A DNA stretch of 50,532 nt from an uncultured archaeon (GTDB lineage Archaea; Asgardarchaeota; Lokiarchaeia; Sigyniarchaeales; SOKP01), in NCBI GenBank assembly GCA_964525635.1, contig CAZGJX010000014.1, positions 1-50,532 on the forward strand. The letters are read 5' to 3'. Both the position numbers and the translations under genes were made by a program. A model generated the notes under the pieces. That model was not told the DNA's origin and made no database searches. It saw nothing but the letters and a program-made list of their open reading frames with translations. Of the stretch, positions 29,819-39,800 are shown piece by piece (within the stretch, counting starts at the first letter, position 1; each line of letters starts with the position of its first letter).

Positions 29819-30931
29819 ATGAGTTCAGGCAATAAAAGAGACTACTATGAAGTTTTAGGAGTAAATAAGGAATCATCTACGGAGGATGTCAAACTTGCAT
29901 ATAGAAGATTGGCTCGTAAGTATCATCCGGATGTTAATAAAGAAGATCCTCATGCAAAGGATAAATTTATTGAAGTTCAAGAAGCTTATGAAGTTTTAAG
30001 TGATCCTGAAAAACGAAAGAACTATGATAACTTCGGATTTAGAGGTGTAGATATTGATATGAGTGATTTCTTTAGAGGCGGGATTCCTGGTATCGATGAT
30101 ATTTTTGAATCATTTTTTGGAGGTTTTGGGGGATTTGGAGGCTTTGGTAATAGCTCAAGAGCAAGACAAAGGAGTCCAAGAAGACAAGTTGGACAAGATA
30201 TTGAAGAATCACTTAATATCACCTTTAAAGAAGCGATGTTTGGAGTAAAGAAGGATATTAAGATAAAAAGATACATTCCTTGTTCAGAATGTGATGGTAG
30301 TGGAGCAGAAAATAGCTCTTCCATTCAAACTTGTTCAGAGTGTCAAGGTTCTGGTAGATATAGAAAAATGACTCGTTCTGGATTTGGTACAATTATAAGA
30401 GAGACTGAATGTCCTTATTGCCATGGAGAAGGAAATATAATTACGAAAAAATGTAAAACTTGTGAAGGAAATAAAGTAATACAAGAAGAAAAGGAAATTA
30501 CTGGAATAAAAATACCTGGTGGTATAGAAGATGGAGTTCATTTGAAAGTACAAGGGACTGGACATATTCCATCTCGTGAAGCAATTCCAGGAGATCTATA
30601 TTTGAGAATCACTATAGAACCTAATGAAAATTTTATCAGAAGAGGAAATGATCTCTATACTAAGGCTGATATTGATATAGTGACTGCTATTATTGGTGGT
30701 GAAATCAAAGTACCCACTTTAGATTATAAGAATGAAGAAATATCAGAAAAAGAATTAACAATCCCACCTGGGACCGAATATGCAACTGAGTTTAGGATAA
30801 AGAATCGTGGAGCATCGTATATTCATGGTAAGGGAAGGGGTGATCAATATGTCATCGCTAATATTATTCTCCCAAAAAAAATAACCAAAGAACAAGAAGA
30901 ATTATTGTTAAAATTTAGAAAATTATCTTAA
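29819..30931 (+). CDS. dnaJ: Hsp40 chaperone DnaJ
   Basis: J-domain with HPD, a G/F-rich region and four CxxCxGxG-type repeats. Confidence 0.98.
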   Translation: MSSGNKRDYYEVLGVNKESSTEDVKLAYRRLARKYHPDVNKEDPHAKDKFIEVQEAYEVLSDPEKRKNYDNFGFRGVDIDMSDFFRGGIPGIDDIFESFFGGFGGFGGFGNSSRARQRSPRRQVGQDIEESLNITFKEAMFGVKKDIKIKRYIPCSECDGSGAENSSSIQTCSECQGSGRYRKMTRSGFGTIIRETECPYCHGEGNIITKKCKTCEGNKVIQEEKEITGIKIPGGIEDGVHLKVQGTGHIPSREAIPGDLYLRITIEPNENFIRRGNDLYTKADIDIVTAIIGGEIKVPTLDYKNEEISEKELTIPPGTEYATEFRIKNRGASYIHGKGRGDQYVIANIILPKKITKEQEELLLKFRKLS

Positions 30932-31083
30932 AATATTTTTTTTAATTGAGTATATTTTAGAAATCCAAAATAAAATATATTTTATTATAAAATCCTAATA
31001 TAATTATATTACAATCGATTTATTATATAATCGTAAATTATTATTTCAATTTTTTTCATTAGGATTGAAAAAACCTGAAATTT

Positions 31084-31641
31084 ATGAATCCTAAAATATT
31101 AATTACTGGACCTCCTCGATGTGGAAAATCTACTTTGATTTATAAATTAATTAACGAATTACAAGTAGATTTTAAAATTCATGGTTTTTTATCACCAGAA
31201 AAGAGAAAGGGAGGAAAGCGAATAGGATTCGATTTAAAGGATATTAATACTGGATTAATAGTTCCATTGGCAAAAATTGGAGATTTTAATACAGGATTTA
31301 AACTTGGGAGATATAATATTTTTATTGATGAGTTTAATACATTTTTAAATGAGACGCTATTGTCTGATTTTAATAATGTAAATACTAAAGATAATCTAAA
31401 TACTATTTTTTTTATAGATGAGATTGGAAAAATGGAACTGTATTCTCTAATCTTTCAAGATATAATCAAAAAGATCTATAAATCAAGATTTTCTGTCATT
31501 GCAACAATAGGAGAGAGATTAAATCATCCTGTAAAAAATAATATTTTAAAAATTCCAAGTATTAAACTACTTAATCTTACGTTTGGAAACCAACAAGTAA
31601 TAATTAAAAAAATTATGAAAGAATTAAGATTTAATTTATAA
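31084..31641 (+). CDS. Nucleoside triphosphatase (THEP1/NTPase_1 family)
   Basis: ITGPPRCGKST Walker A, GGKRIGF, IDEIGKMEL. Confidence 0.92.
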   Translation: MNPKILITGPPRCGKSTLIYKLINELQVDFKIHGFLSPEKRKGGKRIGFDLKDINTGLIVPLAKIGDFNTGFKLGRYNIFIDEFNTFLNETLLSDFNNVNTKDNLNTIFFIDEIGKMELYSLIFQDIIKKIYKSRFSVIATIGERLNHPVKNNILKIPSIKLLNLTFGNQQVIIKKIMKELRFNL

Positions 31642-31660
31642 TTTAAATTATAAAATTTAT

Positions 31661-32230
31661 TTATTTATTTTTATAATTCTTACCAATATTCCAAGCTTTA
31701 CCAATTATATCTCCAATATTTAAATAGTTTTGAGTTACTGTTGAATAAAGAATTGGTTTCATCTTTATAATATCAGGTAAACCTTCTGTTAGACAATTCT
31801 CTAAAATATAAGCTTTTTTAATTTTTCCAATGAATAAATCATGATTTGTCCCTAAATCGATAGTATTTACTACTTCACATTCAAGATTTATAGGGGCTAC
31901 TTTTATCATTGGTGCAGTTTTTAATTCACCATAAAAAACATCAAATAAATCTGATTTATCTATCTCCTTTCCTGATTTTATTCCGATATAATCAGTGAGT
32001 TCTATCATATTCTCAGAAGGAATATTCACACTAAAAGTGTTATTTTCTTTAATTCCTTTATTTGTATAATGATTCTTAGCTGCTGAAATAGAGATCATTG
32101 GGGGTTTATTTTCAACAATTCCACACCAAGCAATTGTCATGAAATTAACTTTACCTTCTATCATTGAACCTACAATCACAACCGGCATTGGATATAAATA
32201 TGTTTTAGGACTAATCTCAATTTTAGACAT
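31661..32230 (-). CDS. Flavin reductase-like / flavoredoxin
   Basis: YPMPVVIVG, NFMTIAW, FSVNIPS, GIKSG, APINLEC, HDLFIG. Confidence 0.9.
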   Translation of the reverse strand: MSKIEISPKTYLYPMPVVIVGSMIEGKVNFMTIAWCGIVENKPPMISISAAKNHYTNKGIKENNTFSVNIPSENMIELTDYIGIKSGKEIDKSDLFDVFYGELKTAPMIKVAPINLECEVVNTIDLGTNHDLFIGKIKKAYILENCLTEGLPDIIKMKPILYSTVTQNYLNIGDIIGKAWNIGKNYKNK

Positions 32231-32465
32231 GAAAATTATAAAGAGTTTTTAAAAATTAAATTTTATTGTAATCATTTTTATATCAAGTGAATTTAAGATA
32301 TTTTTATGATAAACAGAATTGAATAAAATTCATATAACTAATAAAAATATTTTTTAATTTGTTACACTATAACATATTCAATCTTTTCTCATATACCTTT
32401 TTATATGAAGATTTTATATATATCAATAAAAATTGATAAAAAACCTAATCATTATCATAAAAGAT

Positions 32466-32666
32466 ATGTTTTGTAAAAATTGCGGTAATGAAATAAAAAA
32501 TCCAGATCAAACATTTTGTACATTATGTGGCAGGGATATTCAGCCCAATTCTATATCTCAGTCAAAAATAGAAGGATATCATACTATTAAATTAGTAAGA
32601 ACTGCTTCGATGCTAAAAGATCTTAGAACTCTAGATTATATTCAAAAGAAAAAGGAAGAAGTTTAA
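32466..32666 (+). CDS. Small zinc-ribbon protein (start taken as ATG 32466)
   Basis: MFCKNCGNEIKNPDQTFCTLCG. Confidence 0.65.
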   Translation: MFCKNCGNEIKNPDQTFCTLCGRDIQPNSISQSKIEGYHTIKLVRTASMLKDLRTLDYIQKKKEEV

Positions 32667-33151
32667 ATAACAAGAAACTGGACTAAATAACAACTAGTTT
32701 TATATATATATATATTTTATTTTAACTATAAGTTCAATTAATTTTGCAGGGACAAATCTTATACATCTTCTAAAATATATCTTAACAGTTTTTCAGAAAA
32801 ATTATATTACTTCTTATATTCATACCAGAACGATAAATGCAATATTTTATACTTTTGGTGAATCAATTAGTTTTTTATTAAAGGTTTTTTTATAAAAACA
32901 AAACATAAAGATGATATAAATCCTTTTGAAAGAATTGGCAGCATATTATGAATTAATAGTATTTTTATTTTTCCTACATTTATTTCTTTGACCAATTGCT
33001 CGAATTAATAAAAATTATAATAGAGAAAATTCTCTTAGTAGTATTTTATTTTTTAATAAGCATTTCAATATAGGAAAGTTTTTTAACAAGTTTTTATCTT
33101 AATAATATTAGTCTTTAATTTAACTCATATTTATAAAGGGATTTTTAAAAC

Positions 33152-33262
33152 ATGCCTCAATGGAAATGTGATAAGTGTGGAGCAGAATTTAATTTTGAAG
33201 ATTTTCCAGACGAATGTCCTGAATGTAAGGCGAAAGATGGTACATTTTCTTTAATAGGATAA
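33152..33262 (+). CDS. 36-aa rubredoxin-like / zinc-ribbon micro-protein
   Basis: Not in the ORF track. MPQWKCDKCGAEFNFEDFPDECPECKAKDGTFSLIG*, with WxCxxCG...PxxCPxC; TATA-like TTTATAAA about 15-20 nt upstream. Confidence 0.8.
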   Translation: MPQWKCDKCGAEFNFEDFPDECPECKAKDGTFSLIG

Positions 33263-33418
33263 AATTCTTTTTTTAATATTCATGATTTTATTGGATGACC
33301 TGAAAAAAGAAAGTTATAGGTCATAATTTTTAATATTGTGTTAATTATGTAATTATGAAAAATTTAGCTATTTGTTAGAAAAATAATTTAATAAATCAAT
33401 GGAAAAGATAATTAAAAT

Positions 33419-33619
33419 ATGAGTTGTAACCAAGAAAAACTGAAAGAAAGTTTTCCTTGCACTTTTAATTGTTTCCGAAGGGGTAAATGTTATGAATGTA
33501 TTGACTATCATCTATCATCGAATGAATTACCTGGATGTATATTTGGTAAAATCTCGAAGCAAGCTGAAAAAACAGGTAATAGGACTTTTGAAAATTTTGC
33601 TAAATTGGTGTTAAAGTAA
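33419..33619 (+). CDS. Small Cys-rich protein (DUF6485-like)
   Basis: CTFNCFRRGKCYECIDYHLSSNELPGCIF. Confidence 0.75.
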   Translation: MSCNQEKLKESFPCTFNCFRRGKCYECIDYHLSSNELPGCIFGKISKQAEKTGNRTFENFAKLVLK

Positions 33620-33671
33620 GTAATAATTATATTTTATTTATTTATAAGAATACAATAAATATTATGTGAAA

Positions 33672-34259
33672 TTATTTTTTTCCTCTAATTTGAGCGCCAC
33701 AATTCTCACATATTGTCTGATCAAAATCTTTTACAATGGAATTACATTTTTGGCACGTTAATTTAATATTAAGCTTTTTAAATAAGTCTTCTAAATTATT
33801 GATATCAATATTTTGAGATTTTAATAATTCTTCAATATTCTTAATTACTTCTTGCAACCAAATTAAAAATATATATTTCTCTGTTTTTTCAATTGTTTTA
33901 AAATGTTTATAATCTGTTTTTATTGTATTAGGTATATCTATAAATTTTTGATCGCCAATTTCAATAAAATTGTTATAAAATAAAATACCTTTATAAATTA
34001 ATTTTTTAATAGCATGGTTTTTTTCAATCTCATATGCCAAATCAAAACCAGTACCACCTTCCTCAATTATTTTCAGTAGTTTTTTGAAAAAATGTAAATC
34101 TCTTAGAATATCTATAATATTATGTTCTGTTTTCTTTTCATGTTCTCTTTTAATATTTAATTTTATTTCTTCAGAAGGAAAAATGAAGGTATTATCATCT
34201 TTGTTCCTTTCTTTCTTCATTTTTTCATGTAATTTTTTATATTGGGTTGACAATCTCAT
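33672..34259 (-). CDS. Hypothetical protein with C-terminal zinc ribbon (paralogue of 34274-34717)
   Basis: LLKIIEEGGTGFDLAYEIEK...LIYKGILFYNNFIEIGD domain; CQKC...CENCG. Confidence 0.75.
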   Translation of the reverse strand: MRLSTQYKKLHEKMKKERNKDDNTFIFPSEEIKLNIKREHEKKTEHNIIDILRDLHFFKKLLKIIEEGGTGFDLAYEIEKNHAIKKLIYKGILFYNNFIEIGDQKFIDIPNTIKTDYKHFKTIEKTEKYIFLIWLQEVIKNIEELLKSQNIDINNLEDLFKKLNIKLTCQKCNSIVKDFDQTICENCGAQIRGKK

Positions 34260-34273
34260 TTTTATTCATATTT

Positions 34274-34717
34274 TTATTTTTTCACGGGTGTACCACATTC
34301 TTCACATACCTTTTGATGTTTATCTTTTATTCTTATTCCACATTTTTCACAATAAAGATCCTCAGTATACCATTTATCTCTAGATTTTTTATATCTTTTA
34401 TATATTTCTTCTTTTAATTTTTGTTTTTTATAGTTCTCTATAAGTTCCGTTGCCCACTTTAGAAAAACTTGTTTATGACTATCTTCAACAATTTTAAAAT
34501 GTCCATAATCTTTTTTTTCTTCATCTGGAGTATCATTAACAATGTTATCACCAATTTCTAAGAAAGTGTCATAAAACACAATTCCATCATATATTAATTC
34601 TCGGGTCATTTTTTTTTTTTCAATTTCACGGGCTAGATCATTTCCAGTTGCACCTTGTTCAATCATTAATAGTAATTCTTTTAGGAAATCAATTAGTATA
34701 TCTTTATTATAACTCAT
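34274..34717 (-). CDS. Hypothetical protein with C-terminal zinc ribbon
   Basis: LLLMIEQGATGNDLAREIEK...LIYDGIVFYDTFLEIGD; CEKCG...CEECG. Confidence 0.75.
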   Translation of the reverse strand: MSYNKDILIDFLKELLLMIEQGATGNDLAREIEKKKMTRELIYDGIVFYDTFLEIGDNIVNDTPDEEKKDYGHFKIVEDSHKQVFLKWATELIENYKKQKLKEEIYKRYKKSRDKWYTEDLYCEKCGIRIKDKHQKVCEECGTPVKK

Positions 34718-34927
34718 CTATCTCATCAACTGAATTTCTTTATGTAAGTAATTCCTTAATTATTATCTGATCTTTTATACATTTATATTTTTATAATTAT
34801 AAGGTTGACATTTAGTTAAACATATGAAAGATGATGTTTTTACTAATAGGAACATAAAAATAAACCTCATTGAACGATCTTAATCAAAAGTATTTTATAA
34901 TGATTTAAAATTTAATTTTCTTTTTTA

Positions 34928-35287
34928 TTAAGGAAAGTTAGGATAAAATCTGAATTTTTCCTCATTTAGAATTACATCTTCTAAATCTCTCAAAAATTCA
35001 TCAGAGTCTAAACAACCTTCCATTTTTACGCCACATAGTGGTTTATCTTCAATGCTTTCCTTTTTACCATTTTTAATATTGAATGATTTAATTTCATAGA
35101 ATTCTGGCTTAACTGAAATTACAATCTCTATTTTTCTTTGATTTTCTTTTTGATTTTTGTCTTCTTCTATCATTACGAACCCAAATAAATGTTCATTATT
35201 GAATTTTAAATAATTAATTGCGTATAAATCTTTATATATATTAATTACTTGAAAAAGGCTTTCAATTTCTTTTGGTAAATTAATCAA
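34928..35287 (-). CDS. Hypothetical protein
   Basis: 119-aa ORF directly downstream of a 7TM gene, with a GAGGT RBS-like element upstream. Confidence 0.6.
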   Translation of the reverse strand: MINLPKEIESLFQVINIYKDLYAINYLKFNNEHLFGFVMIEEDKNQKENQRKIEIVISVKPEFYEIKSFNIKNGKKESIEDKPLCGVKMEGCLDSDEFLRDLEDVILNEEKFRFYPNFP

Positions 35288-35302
35288 CCAATCAATAACC
35301 TC

Positions 35303-36022
35303 TTATTTTAAATTTACAGAACTTAAATTTTTACCGACTCCATAATAAATAAGAAGGGCAGACGCGATTAGTAAGAAAGAAGTAATTCCACTCCATATTG
35401 ATCTATACAATTGGAAATGCCACGTATTGTACAATATAGCTCCATATAAATCAAAATATTTTACAATCAATCCAATAGCAAATAATTTAAATTTCTTTTT
35501 CAAGGAATGGTGGTGGATTTTTTGTAACACCTTTATTGTTAAAATTAATGAAGGGATAACAATCGCTAAGAAAATGAATATATATAAAGAAATTAAAAGT
35601 TCTATGCTATATTGGACTAAAAAGTCCTCTGATAGTGTAATCCCCTCTGGTTGAACTAGAATAATAATCGATGAAATCCCCGATAAACTTAAAATAAGCA
35701 TTGTAATCTTAAGGTTAAATATTGTATTTACAAAGTATAGGTTAATTATAAAAAGAACTAAAAAGAAAAATCCAAATAAAATTAAATAAGTTACAATGAA
35801 ATAAAGCAGTGTTATTAGGGTATTCAGCTGAGAATCAGAATATATTAAATAAAGAGCTATTAAATTAATACTAAACGCAAAAACAAGCGCTAAATAAAAT
35901 GAGCTTAATAGAACTGAGGATCTATCTTTTCTTCTCATTAAAATTTTATATGCAATAAATCCAAATGATATTATAGTTATTGATTGAGGGATTAGAACGA
36001 TAAATAATCTAGTCCAATCCAT
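35303..36022 (-). CDS. Seven-transmembrane membrane protein (Lokiarchaeal 7TM family)
   Basis: Seven hydrophobic segments, LKKKFKLFAIG and a C-terminal LIYYGVG. Confidence 0.75.
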   Translation of the reverse strand: MDWTRLFIVLIPQSITIISFGFIAYKILMRRKDRSSVLLSSFYLALVFAFSINLIALYLIYSDSQLNTLITLLYFIVTYLILFGFFFLVLFIINLYFVNTIFNLKITMLILSLSGISSIIILVQPEGITLSEDFLVQYSIELLISLYIFIFLAIVIPSLILTIKVLQKIHHHSLKKKFKLFAIGLIVKYFDLYGAILYNTWHFQLYRSIWSGITSFLLIASALLIYYGVGKNLSSVNLK

Positions 36023-36167
36023 AATAATTCTCTTTTTTTTATTTATAACTTAATAATTTTATATCTACAATTTAAAGTTTTGTTAGATAATATTATTCAT
36101 AAAACATAAAGATTTAAAAAGTAATTTATCCAATTGACTATAATAAATTAATTTTAAATAAGAAAGA

Positions 36168-37412
36168 ATGAATCAAGTTCCCAGCAAAATTCAAAGAAAT
36201 TTTATCACAATAGATGATTTCTTAAATAAATATCATATCATTTCCTTTCCAAATATTAAGAATGGGATGATTATCGATTTTAATTTTGGACTTGGGGATC
36301 GTTCCCATAAGATACTCCCAATTTTGCAGATAGCCCTCCCTGATCATGCGAAAACTATTTGTAATATATTCAAAAGCGCATATGATAAGACCTATCCTTA
36401 TAAGAAATTAGAAGATAAAAAAGAAATAAAATATATGATTAAAAGTCAGCAATATATGTGGTTTATATTTAAAACATTGGATAATGAAATCGTTGGGTGT
36501 GTAGGAGCAAAATTAGAACTAGATAAAAAGAAAGGATATATCTTTGGATTTGCGATAAAAAAGGAGTATCAAGGCAAAATTGATAATCTAAAAACTTGGT
36601 TGTGTTTTATATATTATCTCTGGAATTTTTATAAAAACAAGATTCTAATTTGGACAAGCGAAGTAAGAACATATAGTAAGACACCTCAATATGCAGAATC
36701 ACTCGTAGGGCTAAAACCAGTTGGATTTCTACCTAATAAAGATATTTTTTACAATCAAGTAGAATCAGAATTTTTCACAATCATTCATGATAAAGACGTG
36801 TTTGATAAATATAGGTCTCAAAAAGTAAATAAGATAATAAGACAGGTCTTAGTATGTTATATTTATTCCAATAAAAGATATAATTTGGGAAATATCATAA
36901 TTAAAAATCCTAATTTAAATTTAAATAAAGAAAAAATCCTTGACTTTAAAAATAACATTATTACTAAGGCATTATTTGACAAATATGATAATAGTCTTAC
37001 AACAATGCGAATTAAAAATACTAGTTCTTATTTTCAATATCAATTTAATTTATATAGCAATAATATAGAGAATATAGAATATTTTATTGATGATTTGGAA
37101 GAATTGGTAGTCTATTTAAGAAAATTAATACTATTCATTAAAAATCATAACATACGATATGCTGAATGTTATGTATCTGCTCGCTGTCCAAAACATCAAA
37201 AGTTATTTTATCAAGCAGGATTTATACCAAGAGGGTATCTTCCATGTCTTCAATTTAATAAAGAGACAAATTCGTTTTATGATGTTATATTATTCAATTA
37301 TTATAAACAGCAAATTAATCCTAATTTAGAGTCTAATCTTATTCTCGAGACTAAAGAATTATTTAGGATCTCTCAAGGTGAAAATAGATTGGAAAATTCA
37401 TTTATAGAATAG
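36168..37412 (+). CDS. Tandem GNAT-fold protein
   Basis: FAIKKEYQGK motif A; GLKPVGFLP and AGFIPRGYLP repeated at the ends of two domains. Confidence 0.72.
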   Translation: MNQVPSKIQRNFITIDDFLNKYHIISFPNIKNGMIIDFNFGLGDRSHKILPILQIALPDHAKTICNIFKSAYDKTYPYKKLEDKKEIKYMIKSQQYMWFIFKTLDNEIVGCVGAKLELDKKKGYIFGFAIKKEYQGKIDNLKTWLCFIYYLWNFYKNKILIWTSEVRTYSKTPQYAESLVGLKPVGFLPNKDIFYNQVESEFFTIIHDKDVFDKYRSQKVNKIIRQVLVCYIYSNKRYNLGNIIIKNPNLNLNKEKILDFKNNIITKALFDKYDNSLTTMRIKNTSSYFQYQFNLYSNNIENIEYFIDDLEELVVYLRKLILFIKNHNIRYAECYVSARCPKHQKLFYQAGFIPRGYLPCLQFNKETNSFYDVILFNYYKQQINPNLESNLILETKELFRISQGENRLENSFIE

Positions 37413-37604
37413 TAATATAATAAAAAAATTGCCATCTTCATCTAAAAGATAAGGACAAAAAAGGAGAGAACACTATTTATTTATAGAGCCCCCATTTTCC
37501 ATTTAATAGATAATAAAATTGTCTCAATATAAGATTTATTAAGCCATAATGGTTATAAATATATAAATTATATATCTTTATTGTGTTGTTTTTAGGGAAG
37601 AAGT

Positions 37605-38621
37605 ATGAATAGAGCAATTATTGAAGAGTCTATTGAAAATATATTACCAATATTACAATTAGGAACAAGTATTCCTATTTTACCCCAATTTAAGGATTTA
37701 ATTCACTTTTCCCTTAAGAACTATAAAGTAAAAGCAATACTCATTAAGGAAAATAAACGTAAGGATTCATTATTTAAAAAAAGTAGTATAATAGGCATAG
37801 CTATAATTTATAATGAAGCAACTACGCTTTATTTTGGATTCTTTAAAGCATTAAATCATAACAAAAATATAATTCAGAAACTAATAGATGAAATTATAAC
37901 CTACGCTAAAGATCATAATTTCTCATATATCCGTGGTCCGATTAATGTACCAACAATTTTATTCGGATATGGTTTTATGTTTAGTGGGAGTAATACTCGA
38001 ACTTTTATTGGGCGTTCAGTAGATCCCCCTATATATTTAAAACAATTCAAGGAAAATGGATTTTATGAACAATTTACCCTTGATACCTATACATTAGAAA
38101 TAAAAAAACTATATTTTGAAAGTATTAATCAATATGAGAATGAATTTGACTTTATAATGATTGGTATTGATGATATTTTAAATTATAAGGATCACTTTAT
38201 TAAACTTCAAAGTGAAAATATGCCAGAACATTCTCAAATAACACCAAATGTAGAGATAAACTCACAAACTATATTACAGTATATATCAAATAAACATATT
38301 CTGGATAAATTAGGTTGGATTACATTACATCTTCCTTCAAATACTATAGTTGCATGTGGATATATTATCCCTAATCCATATGATTCTCATGTCATTAGTC
38401 TTGAACATGTAGTAATTAATAAACAGTATCAAGGAAAAGGATTGATTAAATTTATGTGGGCTCGATTTATGCAATATCTAACTGGTCTGAAAAAAGATAA
38501 AAGACCTCTTTATGGTACTGGTTTTTTTAATATTAATAATGAAAAAATGATTAGTTTTATACAAAAATACAATTCTGCATGGAGAGAGAGAAGACATATT
38601 GTATTAGAGTATAAATTATGA
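37605..38621 (+). CDS. GNAT-family N-acetyltransferase (YghO-like, two-domain)
   Basis: YFGFF, YIRGPIN, PPIYLKQFKENGF, VVINKQYQGKGL. Confidence 0.78.
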   Translation: MNRAIIEESIENILPILQLGTSIPILPQFKDLIHFSLKNYKVKAILIKENKRKDSLFKKSSIIGIAIIYNEATTLYFGFFKALNHNKNIIQKLIDEIITYAKDHNFSYIRGPINVPTILFGYGFMFSGSNTRTFIGRSVDPPIYLKQFKENGFYEQFTLDTYTLEIKKLYFESINQYENEFDFIMIGIDDILNYKDHFIKLQSENMPEHSQITPNVEINSQTILQYISNKHILDKLGWITLHLPSNTIVACGYIIPNPYDSHVISLEHVVINKQYQGKGLIKFMWARFMQYLTGLKKDKRPLYGTGFFNINNEKMISFIQKYNSAWRERRHIVLEYKL

Positions 38622-38739
38622 AAGATATTTCATGTTTTTTCTACCTTAACTTCTATAATGAAGAATTGATTTCAATAAAAATATGAGTTCATAAAATCAA
38701 ACTGAGGATTTAATCATTATATTTTAAAAGAAAGAAAGG

Positions 38740-39072
38740 TGACAACTGAGATCCATACCCGCCTTTCTGTACTTTATACTTGTCACCAAGATATAGTTGA
38801 GGCATCTAACTATGCGGCCTACCTAAAGCTCGCTCCAAGTCCTCATCGCTTTCATTTGGCCTTGCACCAAGGGTTTAGCTCGTTTCAACCATTCCCTTAA
38901 GCTATTTCTTTGGCTTATCTCCAAATCATTAATATAAGCGAAAGGGCGGTGCCGTTTCTATTACTTAAACTACAGTTTTCACTGTAATGGGATTCTCCCA
39001 CACCTTGCTTGGAGTGTGAGGCGAGGTTCCTCAGCTGGTAAACCAACCGTCAGCCTCGAATCTCATTTGTCA
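38740..39072 (-). ncRNA. rnpB: Ribonuclease P RNA (archaeal)
   Basis: GC-rich island. On the minus strand: GAGGAACCUCGCCU (CR-I) pairing with ACAGAAAGGCGGGUAU (CR-V) to form P4 with a bulged U; AGAAACG; UUGAAACG; GUGCAAG; terminal P1 UGACAA-UGAGAU/AUCUCA-UUGUCA. Confidence 0.92.
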
Positions 39073-39141
39073 AGTTAAAAATAGTGTTTTTGCCTTTTTA
39101 TTTTTTTCCTTTTATTTAATTTAATCAAAAATAAGTGTTCT

Positions 39142-39606
39142 TTAATGTTGAGGAAGTTCCACTTTCATTCGTGTCTTATAATCAATTAACATTTTTTCAT
39201 ATTCTGTTGATAATAACGGAGATGATATTAGAAAGTCAGCAGTTGCTCTATTACATGCCACTGGAATATTATATACTACACCTATCCTAAGTAATGCTCT
39301 TACGTCAACATCATGGGGTTGTGCTTCTAAAGGATCCCAAAAAAAAATCATACAATCTATTTCTCCCATTGAAATCATTGCCCCTATTTGTAGATCTCCC
39401 CCTAATGGTCCCGATTGCATCCTTATAATGTCTAATCCAAGATATTCCTTCAAGATTTTACCTGTTGTTCCAGTTGCATATAATTCATGTCTTTGTAATG
39501 TTCCTTTGTTATATCTAGCCCAATCTAGCAGATCTCCTTTTCGATTGTCATGAGCTATCAAAACAATTCTTTTTCTTTTTCCCATTTTATCAAATTTTTC
39601 AGGCAT
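39142..39606 (-). CDS. mgsA: Methylglyoxal synthase
   Basis: LIAHDNRK, ATGTTG, SGPLGGDLQIG, FFWDPLEAQPHDVDVRALLR, ACNRATAD. Confidence 0.97.
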   Translation of the reverse strand: MPEKFDKMGKRKRIVLIAHDNRKGDLLDWARYNKGTLQRHELYATGTTGKILKEYLGLDIIRMQSGPLGGDLQIGAMISMGEIDCMIFFWDPLEAQPHDVDVRALLRIGVVYNIPVACNRATADFLISSPLLSTEYEKMLIDYKTRMKVELPQH

Positions 39607-39800
39607 AATAATCGTATTATATTAAAAGATCCTTCTTAAATCAAATTTACTATTTTAAAAATATAAGCAAAGAATAAAAGAGTATTATTAATAAATTACA
39701 TAAGAAAATTTAGAATATGGCACTCTCTTTATCTAATATATTAACTTAAATTTCTAAAATAAGAAAAATAAAAAAAAAGATATGTTATAACATTTTAATT

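Noticed and set aside
33295-33324. SECIS-like hairpin beginning AUGA
   Set aside because: The AUGA pairs by Watson-Crick rules with UCAU rather than forming a GA quartet, and I found no nearby in-frame TGA selenoprotein candidate.
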